Shown piece after piece: positions 45,269 to 57,572 of a stretch of 64,000 nt of DNA. Numbering within the stretch: the stretch's first letter is position 1; the number at the start of each line of letters is the position of its first letter. The notes under the pieces are model-generated. The model saw nothing but the letters and a program-made list of their open reading frames with translations. It did no database searches and was not told the origin of the DNA. Location: assembly GCA_977017575.1 (NCBI GenBank), contig CDRNVI010000201.1:1-64000 (forward strand), read 5' to 3'. This stretch comes from Paramoeba atlantica. Taxonomy: Eukaryota > Protista > Discosea. The translations under genes were made by a program, and so were the position numbers.

Positions 45269-47717
45269 AGAAAAGAAAGAAAGGAAATTAGTAGGGAAAA
45301 CAGTTTTCTGTAAATTATTTATTGAAATCAACTTTTTTTCTTTTTCTTTTTCAAGATCTGATATTTTTTTCTTTCTTTCTTCTTTTCTTCTCTTTTCCTT
45401 TTTTTTTAAAAAAAAAAAGATTACAAGCAAAATATTAAAGTGCAATGAGGAAGATTTCGAACAAGAAATTAATTCACTTCCTTCGAATCCAAAATTTGTG
45501 CGACCAAATGGTGATTTCCTCTTTCCTGATCAACAAGTTTGTTATTTGATTCAAAAAGAAATTGAATATGAAATTAAATAAGTTATCTTAAGAAATAAGA
45601 TTAAAAATTTAAAAAAAAAATGAAAAAAATGTTCGATTGTTGATTAGTTTCCATTCTTCTTTCATGACACATGAAGAAGAACAAAGAAATAAAGTATTAA
45701 ATGGGGATTATAATACGAGTAATAATAAATGCTAATAAATGCTAATAAATACTAATAAATAATAATAATAAATAATAATAAATAATAATAAATAATAATA
45801 AATAATAATAAAAATAAATAATATTAATAAAACAACCCCCCAAAAAAAAATACAGACAGAAATGTTAAAACCAGAAACCGCAAGCATGAAACTCTACCAA
45901 ACAAGATTCCTATCACGAGTACACGAAATGGCCCAAATTTCTCTCTTTTATCTCTTTAATTCTTTAATACAATCGAGAAGTTGGTTGGGAAATTTGAGAA
46001 ATTTTGGGGGAGAGAGAGAGGGGAGAGAGAGGGAGAGAGAGAGAAGAGAGAGAGAGAAGGGTGGGGTTAGGTTGTTGGGGGAGTCTTTTTGGGTTTGTGT
46101 GCGAGATCCGGGGGTTAATCGCTCTTATTGTGATGATAAGAGGTTTTTTTTTGTTTTTTTTTGTTTTTGTTTTTTGTTTTTGTTTTTTGTTTTTGTTTTT
46201 TTTTTTTAATCTGAAATGGTTTTATTTTTATTTTTATTTTATTTTATTTTTATTTTCTTTTATTTTTCTTTTATTTTTCTTTTTTCTTTTATTTTTCTTT
46301 TATTTTTCTTTTTCTTTTCTTTATTTATTTCTTCTCATTTTTCTCATTTTCTCTCTCTCTTTCTCCTTCTTTTTCTCTCTTCACCAGCTTATCTTATGTG
46401 TGTCTCTCAATGTATATTCTTTTATCTCCTTCTTTCGAGGTTCTTGGAGAACTTGTAGGTGTAAAGAGAGAAGAGCCTCTTTCTGAAGAATGTCAACAGA
46501 ATTTGACTGATTTTGAAGAGAAGATTAATGAATTCATTACAAGTTCTTCTTTTTCTTTTTCTTTTTCTTTTTCGAAAATCTTTCTCATTTTCTCTCTTTA
46601 GCAAAAGATCAAGTTGAAGCTCTCGTAAATTGTTTTTCAGTCCTTATTTTTGAACATCCTCGAGATTGGAATGGGATTATCGGAACACACCCATTGTATA
46701 AAAAGAAAATGATCAGGTTTGAAAAGAAAAGAAATTTAATAGAAAAAGTGAAAGAAAACACAACACACAAAGAAAAGAAGAAGTAAAAAAAAGAAATGTA
46801 TGATTAAATCTCAAAAAAAAAAAATAGCTTCACAAAAGAAGATCTCACTGATTTGGTCAATTCTCGCGGTGAAGCTGCTGTTCAGATTTTTTTATTATTT
46901 TGATATTATTTTTTTTTTTTATTTTTTTTTCAATTTTTTTTTTCAATTCTTTTTTATATTCTTATTATTCTTTTTTCTTCTCTCACACATTTTTCCCTTT
47001 TCTTTCTTCTCTTCTTTTTTTTTTAGTCTCGAATATCACAAATTCTCTGTTACCTCACCATGTCCGAAAGAACAGCAAAAATGGTCATCGAAACAAAACT
47101 GCTTGAAGTGATGAAAAAAATTCTTTCTGATCCAGTTTCTTATGAATGTGGAGGGGGGTGGCAAGGGTGGTCAGCCACTCAAGTTCCAAAAGGAGAGAAG
47201 AAAAGGAAAGAAGTTGTTTATTGTAATTTTGAATTTGGTGTTGTGACGAATTGTTTGATCATTTATTTGAATTTGGAGAGGCTTGGACTCTTGGAAAAAG
47301 CACCTGAAAGGGTATCTTTCTTTTTTTCTTTCTTTTTTTTTGGTTCAATTTTTTGTTTTGTTTTTTTTTCTGTTTTCAAAGCGAAACTCACCACACTTTC
47401 GAAAGGTATTTGAACTTGCTGGTTACAGAGCAAAAGATCTCAAAGAAGAAGGGAACAAGCATATTTCAGAAAACCCCCACAGTGCCGCAGATGCATACAT
47501 TGGAAGTATTTGTTTGACACAACATGATCTCTCAAAAGAAAATCAAGTTCATATTTATTTGTCAAACCGAGCGGAGGCGCTAATTCGGTTGAAGCACTTT
47601 GGCGAGGCTGTCAGGTGTTGTGAGAGTGCTTTAAAATATGACCCAACTTTTGAAAAGACACATCGAAGGTTGGAAAGGGCAAAACAAGGGCTTGAAGAAC
47701 TAAAAAAGGATTGTTGA
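43160..47717 (+). CDS. Helical-repeat (ARM-like) protein with C-terminal TPR domain, multi-exon
   Basis: TPR: AKDLKEEGNK..AADAY..YLSNRAEALIRLKHFGEAVRCCESALKYDPTFEKTHRRLERA; upstream exons are ARM-like (MVDCGLVEKLL, IETKLLEVMKKIL). Internal exon chain only partly resolved. Confidence 0.65.
43735..43850. repeat. Degenerate ~10-bp tandem repeat (aataaaatcg-like) in an intron
   Basis: Direct reading. Confidence 0.75.
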
Positions 47718-47845
47718 AGGTAATAAAAAAAAATAATATAACACTAAAAACAGAGAAAAAAATATGGAAAGATAAATTCATCTCATACAATTTTTATGAA
47801 ATAAAAATGGATCAAGAACAAACATCCCAAAAAGAGTGAGCATCC

Positions 47846-49970
47846 TTATCCTTTTGGACCACGCCTAAAATTAACACGAAGAACATAGAGACCTCGCTCA
47901 ATACTAGACACTGCAACAATTTGTCCCCCTCTATTCTGGCGATGATTAGGATAATAAGGATAATTACTCCAACTCCCTTCAAAAGTGGGTCCATCACAAT
48001 AAGGAGCCACATCGAAATAGGCAAGCTCTCGAATATTGAGAGGATCCGCAACATCCAACACTCTCAAACCACCACAATAGTTTGATTGATACGCAATGTT
48101 ATTCTGAATGTACAAATTATGATCAATTACAGTCTGGGTAGAAAAGAAGGAAGTCGCCCAAGTGGGGTTCTGAAGGTCTTCCACACTCCAAATCATTGTA
48201 CGTGTTCGTGCACCAAAGTTGGCACTGGAAGTATTGGATTCATAAGTGGTCCCCTGTTTCACATTATTTTAGAAGACGAGATAAAAAAAGGAAATATGAA
48301 TATTAAATTAATGAAAAAGAGATTCCAAATATTAGATAGTATTCCAAGTCAATTTGAATGAACAAACCTGCATTTCATCAAGTTCATCATCCATGAGCAA
48401 ATATCGACCATCTTCAGTCATCCATCCTTGATGAGTGTATTGACTTCCCTTGTATGGGGTTCGAGAAATAAGAACGATGTCTGTATCAATAAAAAAGAGA
48501 GAGCAAAAAAGAGAAGAAAAAGAGAAAAAATTGTAAGTAAGTGAATCAATGAGGAGAGGGGAAAAAAGAGGGGGAAGAGGGGAAAAATTTCTTTCAAGTA
48601 TTTTTTTCTCTTTTTTTTTTCTATTTTTTCTCTTCTCTTCTCTCAATAAAAAAATAAAGAAAAACAAAAAAAAAACCATCTTTGTCAGTCACATCAACAA
48701 TTGTCAAAGTATCTTCATTGTAGTTGAAACAGATCTCCTGACCATGATAACGGGAATCAGGATAAGAATCATCATAAACAATACATTGACAATCATGGGT
48801 ATATCCATCATCAGCATAACATCCAGCGTAAATAGGTTCTTCTTCAGTAACATCCATGATGTAAAGGCCACCACTAAAAAAATAAATTCAAAATATTACT
48901 CAGAAAATTGCCCATGAATAAAAGAAGAGGAGAGAGAGAGAAAAAAAAGAGTAAAAAGAGAATAAAAGGAAGAACAACGAACTTGCACTTGCTACTTCCA
49001 ATGATATAAGCGTAACCAGTCTCTTCATTCAGAGCAATATTGTGAGAATGACCAAAACCATCATAATGATAATCAGCAGTCAAAATAGGAACATGATCAT
49101 GTTTCAATTGAAAGTCTTCTTGTCGAGCCTCTTCCACAAGTCTTTCAAGATTGAGCACTTGCATTCCGTGGTTTGTATTCTCAGAGACTAAAAAATAATA
49201 ATCAAAGTTTGAAACAAACAAAAAGGAGCGAATGATCAAAAAAGAAAAGAAAAAAGGAAAGAAAAAAAAATTCATACTAATGTATGCTCGATTCTCATAG
49301 ACCTTAATATCTCTCCAAATTTGATTCTTTGTACAAACTGAAGGATCACCAATATCCCCACAATCAAAAGTGGGAAGAAAACCCAAGACAATCGGGTTCA
49401 CAGCATCGGTGATATCCACAACACTTGTTCCATCTGTTTGTTTGTTTTTTGGGTGTGTTGTTTGTTTTTTGGGTGTGTTGTTTGTTAGTACCAGAATTTA
49501 TTTATTTACTTTTTGTTTGTATTTCTGAAAAATACAAAATCACAAGAAAAAAAAGAAAAGAGAAAAAAGAAACCTGAATGCCCAACAATAGCAATCTCTC
49601 GACCATTGACAGTAGCCCCCCAAATATCACTGGTCTCCCCAGCACTCCCCAAATCCTTATTCGAAACATAAGACATCAAATCCGTTTTTCGACAACGATA
49701 AACTCCATCATTTTGGTCATGGGAATGGACACCAACATGACCAAAAAGACAACGCTCAGGATTTCCTCTCACTGGTTTCAAGTTCATGGGAGATTTTCCT
49801 GATTGTTTCAGATATGCCCATTCAACTTCTTTGAGTGGCATGAGTTTGCTTCTGCCGAGGGAGTTGAAGTTTTCGAGCTGGCATTTTCCTTCACAGACTT
49901 TGGTTGGGTCTCGAACTCGGCAAGAGACTGCTAAGAAAAGAACAGAAAGAACAAAGAACAAACGCATCAT
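47846..49970 (-). CDS. Secreted choice-of-anchor B family protein, paralog 2
   Basis: Same motifs and matching intron positions as 18668-20677. Confidence 0.88.
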
Positions 49971-50214
49971 AAAAAAGTTTCTCTTTGTCTGTTCAAAACG
50001 GAGAAGACAAAGGAAGAAAGAAGGACCTTGTCCTTTGGATAAGGGCTTTTTTTGAAAAAATAGATTTTTTTTTTTGCGGAAAGTCAGACTGAATAAAAAA
50101 TTCTCAAAAGTTCAAAAGAATTCGGAATTTATTTTTCTCGAATTTTCTCAAAGAAAATTCCAAAGAATTTTTCTTTAAAACACATAAAATATCATGAAAG
50201 TTTTCAAAACAAAT

Positions 50215-51343
50215 CACTCAAACCACCGTGGCAACTCATCAATTTTCATGATACAAAATGTCTGTCGCTCTCTCAATCCCTGAGCATTCTCATTTGTCAC
50301 AAAAAAAAAAATGACTGTTCCCACTCCGACCAATCCTTGATCAAGATAATCCTCTCGATCACCAACTGAGTGATTTTATGAAAAACAACATAATGAGGAA
50401 AGAGGGGTGAATGTTAATGGCTTGTTGATCAAGAGGATTATCTTGATCTTCAGTGAGACAAGAAACAGGGAAATGTCGATTTCTGAGCTGTTCAGTGACA
50501 CAGTTAAACTATGTCATTGAACTTTCGGAGGTGAAGGGGGTTGACTGTGACCTTTGAAGCCATCTCAGCAACTTCACAAGGAAAAGTCACAGAACAAACA
50601 ACAACTTGAGGTCGGGAAGGAGGATAATTGATCGTTGTTGGTTTTGTTGTTTCTGTTGTGGTGGTTGTTGGGAAATTCCAACTAAAGGAAAATATATCAT
50701 CAAGTTGTTCTTTAAAACCACGAGAGAGAAGCTCGTCTGCTTCGTTGAGAACAATGACTTTGGTGTTTGAAAGATCAAAAACTTTTCTCCGCAAAAAATC
50801 AATCACACGTCCAGGAGCCCCAACCATTATATGTGGATTTTCTTTTACACTCTCAATCTGTTCTCTCATTGGGAAACTACCAACCAGAAGTAAAGAACGA
50901 ACTCGAAGATAAATGCCAATTGAACAAACCTTGTGATGGACCAAATGAGCAACTCCTCTACAGGGACAAAGGATCAGAGCTTGAGGAGAAGGAAGACAAA
51001 GAGAAGATGACGAAGAAGAAGAAGACGAAGAAGAAGAATCAAAACTGGTTCGGTGTAAAACCCCAATGACAAATGAAGCAGTTTGCCCTGTCTCCCACGG
51101 AGCTTGAGAGATCACATGACGCCCATCCATGATTGGAAGAATGATCTTTTGTTCAACCCAAGACGGTCTTTCGAAACCACAACTGTAGATACCGCGTAAA
51201 AGATCATCAGAAACAAAAAGATCCTCGAAGAGGGTGATGTCTGGGTATGTGATCTCAGTAATCTTTTTCCCTTTCAATGGCCTGATATTTCTGTCTTTGT
51301 TTTTGACGTTTTCTTCATGAACATTTTGAGAGGGAGCTGCCAT
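50215..51343 (-). pseudogene. Intronless eIF4A-derived copy: open N-terminal RecA1 ORF (51343-50504) with degenerate motifs, followed by frameshifted RecA2 remnants
   Basis: LLRGIYSCGFERPS, APWETGQT, PCRGVA, APGRV, NEADELLSRGFKEQ, SVT; after the stop, TEQLRNRHFPVSCL, REDYL..RIGRSG and FVTNENAQGLRERQTFCIMKIDELP in shifted frames. Confidence 0.75.
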
Positions 51344-51561
51344 GTGGACAAAGAGTTGGAGAGAAACGATCTTTTTTTTTGAATTCCCAAACCTCTTCTT
51401 CCTCAAAAAAATAATTGGTGAAGGGAAAGCTTTTTTTAGCGCCCTTTTTTTTTGAAATCAATTCAAAAATTTCGTTTGTTGACCTTTCTGGAACTCACCT
51501 CTGGGAGAAATTTGAGTTGTTCAAAAAGAGTTTCATCCCCCCCAAGGCTTTGATCCTATGC

Positions 51562-53484
51562 ATGAGGTGCCAATTCACTCTTCTTTTCCTCCTTTTCTTC
51601 TCCTTCATCTCTTCTTCTTCTTCTTCGAACAACAACGATTTGTGTTTTGAATACATTCTTCAAAATGAGTGTACACCTGTGTTGGGAGAAGTTTCGATCA
51701 ACCAAAACGAACAACAAGACTTCTTTGACGAAAATGTTTCTTTGATTGTTTCAAATGTTCGAATGTTTGGCTCGAATTGTCGAAGACCATTTCTATCTTA
51801 TTATTGCCAGTTGATGTTTGGTGGTTTTTTTTGTTCTTCTTCATCACCAGAAGAACAATATTGTTTGGAAGATCAATTTTGTGTTCAAGTTTCTGATTTT
51901 TGTTCTGATGATTTCTCTTTGAATTGTTCTTCTTCTCTTTCTTCACCTTCACCTTCACCATCACCATTGTTATTATCTTGTGAAGAGAAAGTAACAAAAG
52001 AGATTGAAGAAGTTGTTGAAACACCAATTAAAGTTCAAACTTGTTTGGATAATTCGAAAGAAGAAATTGAATGTTGTATTGGGCCTTATGTTTTTGATGA
52101 TAATGATGAATGTGTTGTTCAATGTCCTCAATATATTTATGACAAGAATTTGGAACGTTGGATTCGACTTGTTGTCTTTACCTTATTCTTTGTTATGGTT
52201 CTTCTTTTTTTGATTGCGATCATCCCTTTTTACATGACAGACAATTTAAGGTTTTTCAATTTTTTAATCTTTGAGTTTAATCAGAGAAAATAGAAAGAAA
52301 AAAGATTGAAGAGAAGAGAAAAGGAACCTTGATAACATTAAAATTGTGATGAGAATAGGTACCCAAAGAGCATTTTTTTCATCTTTTTTGCTTTTTATCT
52401 TCTCTCTTTTACACCAAATACATGGATGATATTTAGTGGTATTTTTTTTCTCATTATTTTTTCTTCCTTCCTGTCTTAATTTTTTTGTCAAAGGAGGATT
52501 TGATTTCTATATTTGTGGAGATGAAACAAACTTTTGGAAAGCGATTGATCGTTATGGAAACTCAACTCAAACCATTCTTCAATTTTCTTTTTGGATTCTC
52601 TTTGCGAACTGTGCTGCTTGCTTTTGGGCTCTCTTTTCGTTCAATTTGTTCTGTACTTCAGTAAGGTTGTTTTCTTTTTTGTTAAAACACAAAATTTTGA
52701 TCCTTCAAAAACATACAAAGAGATTTTACATGAAAGATTCATATTTTTGTATCTTGCACAGACCTTTTACTACATACTTTGAGAAGTTCATCATGGAACC
52801 GGTCAATCCATTGATCAGTCTTTTCTTGCTTGGGTTTTGTCTTAGCTTTTCAGTTTCGGTCTTTCTGGGATGTGTTCTCTTTGCTTTTTTGGTGAACAAT
52901 GATTCAAAACTCTTTACCCCTTCATCGGTGTATGCATTTCCGATTCCTGTTGACAGTACTTTCAATGTGTTTCAATATACATGCCTTGCCTTTGGTTTAC
53001 TTGGGATAGCCATTTTTTTTTTGGTTATTTTCTTCTTTCTCAAACGAGGGAGACAAATTTTTTATTTTCAATGGTAAGGGGACTATTTTTGTTTTCGAGA
53101 CATCTTTTTTTTTTTGTTCTTTTTTTTCTTCCTTCTTACCCTTGTTTTTATTTTGAAAGGAGGGCTGTTTTAGCTGGGTGTTTCTGGGTGATAGCATTAG
53201 TACTTTATGGATTAGATATCTTTCTTCCTGAGCCTTCAGATTCAATCATTGTTGATTATACAAAATGTGTTGCTTCTCACCCACAAATCACCCCAACATC
53301 ATGTTCACGAGAATATGAATCAGTAGATTTCAATCTTCTTGTTGACTTTCTTTTTGTGTTTTTGTTTCTGTTGTTGCTTGTGATTTCTTTTTTGACAAAT
53401 GACCAAATGGTTGGTTGGTGGAAAGATTTGATCTTTCGAAAGTGCTTTTCAAAGTATGAACAGTTAGAAGGTGAGAATCTTTAA
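51562..53484 (+). CDS. Frizzled/Smoothened-like (class F, Fsl-like) GPCR, copy A
   Basis: Signal peptide, Cys-rich domain, CCIGPY..CVVQCP linker, seven hydrophobic segments, ECL3 DYTKCVASHPQ..C, TM7 followed by T...WW, tail YEQL. Confidence 0.82.
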
Positions 53485-53943
53485 ATTGGAAAAGACCCCA
53501 AATAATTTAATGAAAAACTTTGTTCAAAACAAACAAACAAAAACATAAAAATTGAAAAAAAATAACTTTTTTTCCAAACCACACGAAAAGGAAAATGGGA
53601 TTTGGGGGTCAAGTTTTTGGCACAACTTTGAATTTCAATTCACCAGATTTTGATTTTTGGTGTTTGGCTCTGAAAAGATATTTTGGTTAAAATGAAAATG
53701 TTGGGAGAAGAGAAAGAGGAGATGAGGGGAGGGAAAAAACCAAAGAAAAAGAAAAGAAAAAGAAAAGAGCTTAAGAGAGAAGAGAGACAAGGAAAAAGGA
53801 GAAAGAACCTTTGGGCCTCTTTCAAATTCCAATAAATACAAACAAAAAAATGATTTCTTCTTCTTTCCTATTTCTTTATTTCTTTTAAATACTTCTTTTC
53901 TCTCAAGTCAAAAGAGAGAAAAAGGGAGAAAATAAAAGAGAAA

Positions 53944-55162
53944 TTATCTCTTTGCAGGTTTGATTCCCAATCCAGCGCCTTCATATTCCTTCAAAGAAAA
54001 AATGTCAAAAAGAAACAGAAGAGAGAGAGAGAAAACAAGGAGAGAAAGAGAGGTAATAAAGGAGAAGAGAGAATAGAGAGAAAGAAAACCAAAATTTTCT
54101 CAGCTATTTCTAGATGTGGACCAAGGCTATTTCCTTCTTTTGCCAATTCAGCTGCTGTCTTTTAAATAAAAATGATTATTAAATAAATAAATTGAAATTA
54201 TTCTTTTTCAAGAAGAAAGAGAAAGAAAAAAAGAAAGAGAAAAAATAGAAAAGAAGAACCTTTCTTTTGGCCCCTGGTTTCCCTTCGATCCCTGTTTTCA
54301 AGGAGGGATCTGCTCCTGTTTTTTTTAAAGAAAAAGAAATCAAAAGAAAAAGATAAAAAAGAAAGGAAAAATAATAAAAAAAAAGGAAATAAATAAAAGA
54401 AAAGATCCTCTCTCTCTCTTCTTAATGAACACTTGTTTCTCATTCTTTTTCTCTTTCTTTTTTTCTCAACCTGCATCTAACAGAACAATTGTTGTTTCTT
54501 CATGACCATTGAAAGCAGCAAGATGAAGAGGAGACCACCCATCCTGAGAGAAAAGAGAGAAGAGAGAAAAGAGAAAAGAGAAAAGAAAAGAGAGAAGAAA
54601 AAGAGAATGATTTTTGTTCAATTTCATTTTTCGAACAAAAATGTGAACCTCCTGTGGAAAAGATATTAGACAAAAAAATGTTTCTCTTTTTTTTCTTTTC
54701 TTCTCTCTTTCTCTTTCTCTTTCTCTTTCTTTTTCTTCTCTTCCCTTCCTTCTTCATTTCATTTAAAATAGACACTCACAAAAAAAAAACCTTTTGAATG
54801 TTGACATTGGCTCCTTCTGCAAGCAAAAATCGAACCATTGCTACATTTCCATGGATTGCTGCTCTGTGCAATGGAGACTTTTTTGTTTTGTTTTTTTGTG
54901 TTTTATGTTTTGTTTTCAGAATTTGAATTTCATTTTGGTTCATTTTAGTGATATTATTTGAAAGAAAGTGAAAGTGAAAAACAAACATTCACTCCATTTT
55001 GCTACCAAAAAAACAAAAATGAGAGCGAGAACAAAGGCAAAAAGAGAAATCTCTGAAAAAAAAAAACACCTCAATTGGAGAGCCTTCATCGAGCAGTTTC
55101 TTGGCATCCTCAGGAGAGCCATCATAAGCAACGCTGCTCAGCGCGTTCAACTGGGCCATCAT
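53944..55162 (-). CDS. Small ankyrin-repeat protein, multi-exon
   Basis: SPLHRAAIHGNVAMVRFLLAEGANVN, DGWSPLHLAAFNGHEETTIVLLDAG, KTAAELA; predicted end EYEGAGLGIKPAKR*. Confidence 0.8.
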
Positions 55163-55373
55163 TTCCAAAAGTCTGTTCAAAAACAGAAAAGGGAGAAAAA
55201 GACAAATATTTCAGCATTTAAAAGGGGACACCACAAAAGGGACACCATAATTAACGCTGCTGTTGGGTGAGTTCTGTTGTTGTTTGGTTTTTGGGTTTGT
55301 TTTTTTTCTTTCCTGGTTTGACCCCCTTTGGAATCCGCCTGATGTGAATGAGGTGTAAAAATTGGTCTTTTGG

Positions 55374-57358
55374 ATGAGGTGCCAATTCACTCTTCTTTTC
55401 CTCTTTTTTTTCTCCTTCATCATCTCTTCTTCTTCTTCCAACAACAACGATTTGTGTTTTGAATACATTCTTCAAAATGAGTGTACGACTGTGTTGGGGG
55501 AGGTTTCGATCAACCAAAACGAACAACAAGACTTCTTTGACGAAAATGTTTCTTTGATTGTTTCAAATGTTCGAATGTTTGGATCGAATTGTCGAAGACC
55601 ATTTCTATCTTATTATTGCCAGTTGATGTTTGGTGGCTTTTTTTGTTCTTCTTCATCATCAGAAGAACAATATTGTTTGGAAGATCAATTTTGTGTTCAA
55701 GTTTCTGATTCTTGTTCTGATGATTTCCCTTTGAATTGTTCTTCTTCTCTTTCTTCACCTTCTCTTTCTTCACCTTCACTTTCTTCACCATCACTTTCTT
55801 CACCATCACCATTGTTATTATCTTGTGAAGAGAAAGTAACAAAAGAGATTGAAGAAGTTGTTGAAACACCAATTAAAGTTCAAACTTGTTTGGGGAATTC
55901 GAAAGAAGAAATTGAATGTTGTATTGGGCCTTATGTTTTTGATGATAATGATGAATGTGTTGTTCAATGTCCTCAATATGTCTATGGTGAGAAATTGGAG
56001 AAGATTCTCCGAATTGTTTCTGCTGTTTTTATTTTTATTACAATCATTATTTATGTGGTTTTGCTCACTCCTTTTTACATGACAGACAATTTAAGGTTTT
56101 TCTTTTTCTTTATTTTTGAGGGAGAAAAAGAAAAAAGAGAAACAAGAAATTGTTTTCAAGAGAAAAACGAAAATAGAATTGAGATTCAAAATTAAAAACA
56201 AAACAGATATCCAAATAATGTTCTTTTTATCTTATATGCATTTTACGTTCTCATGACTACTGTCTTTATGTGGGCGTTTTTCGATGGTAAAAAATATTTT
56301 AATATTTTGTTTGATCTCATTTTTTTAATCCTGATTCATGCAGGTGGGCCTAAGAATTTCATTTGTGGAGATGAAACAAACTTTTGGAAAGTAATTGAAC
56401 ATTATGGAAACTCAACTCGATCTATTGTTCAATATTCTCTCTGGATTCTCTTCTCAACTTGTTGTAGTAGCTCTTTTTGTCTCTTCTCATTCAATTTGTT
56501 TTGTAATTCAACAAGGTTTTTCCATTTTTCAACAATGAGTGCTCCAAGAAGTGTTTGCGGTGCTTGTGAAATTACAAATTGGATTTATATTTTTATTTTT
56601 TTTTTCACAGACCTTATACTTCACTTTTCGAAAAGTTTATCACCCCACCAGTTGACCCATTGATTATTCGCTTGATAGTTGCCTTCTTTTTCTCCTTTTC
56701 AGTTTTGATGGTTTTGGGGTTTGTTCTTTTTGCTTATTTATTGCATGATGATTCGCAATTACTTCTTCCACTCCCAGTTTTTTGGCTTCCCAATCCCACG
56801 AGTAAACGAGTTTTTTTTGTCTTTCAATCTTTCTTTCTCTTCACTTCTGTGATGGGGATTGTTTCCCTTTTAGTTGCGATCATTTTGTTTCTGAATCGAG
56901 GAAGACAGATTATTTATTTTCAATGGTAAGGATCTTTTTATTATTATTTTTTGATTCTTGGAAATTTCTAATTTTTTGTTATTTTTGACCCACCATCTTT
57001 TTTTTTTTTTGATAACAGGAGGTCGATTTTAGTTGGGTGTTTCTGGTTAACCATTTTTGTGCTCTATTTAACCACAATGATTCTTCCTGTCCCTTCAGGT
57101 CAAAAGATTGAAGATTATACAAAATGTGTTGCTTCTCACCCTCAAACAAACCCAACTTTATGTTCTCGAGATTATGACCAACCGGGTTTCTTATTTGTTA
57201 CTTACACATTGATTGGGTCTTTATTTACATTGTTTCTTCTTCATTCCATTTGGACAAATGATCTTGTGATTGGTTGGTGGAAAAAACTTTTCTCAAGTCT
57301 AAATTCAAATTCAAAGTATGAACAATTAGATGATGGTGATGAGTTATCTTTGAATTAA
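55374..57358 (+). CDS. Fsl-like class F GPCR, copy B
   Basis: Same architecture and exon layout as copy A. Confidence 0.82.
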
Positions 57359-57572
57359 AAATCTATAGTCTATGATGATTTTTCTTTAAATGAAAAAGAT
57401 TTGTTTCTGGTCTGATTTTGAAAAAAATAAAGACAATTCACCAAAAACATGGTGTCCCCTTGTGGTGTCTTTTGACCTTTTCAAGAAATTCTTGTTTCTT
57501 TTTTTCTTTTTTTTCTCTGTTTTGCCGTTCTTTTCTCTCCGTTTTCTCCCCTTTGGAACCCACCCGATGTGA

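Noticed and set aside
50326-50337. Apparent CCAAT box upstream of choice-of-anchor B paralog 2
   Set aside because: It is the reverse complement of the decayed eIF4A motif VI codons (RIGRS); better explained as a coding remnant.
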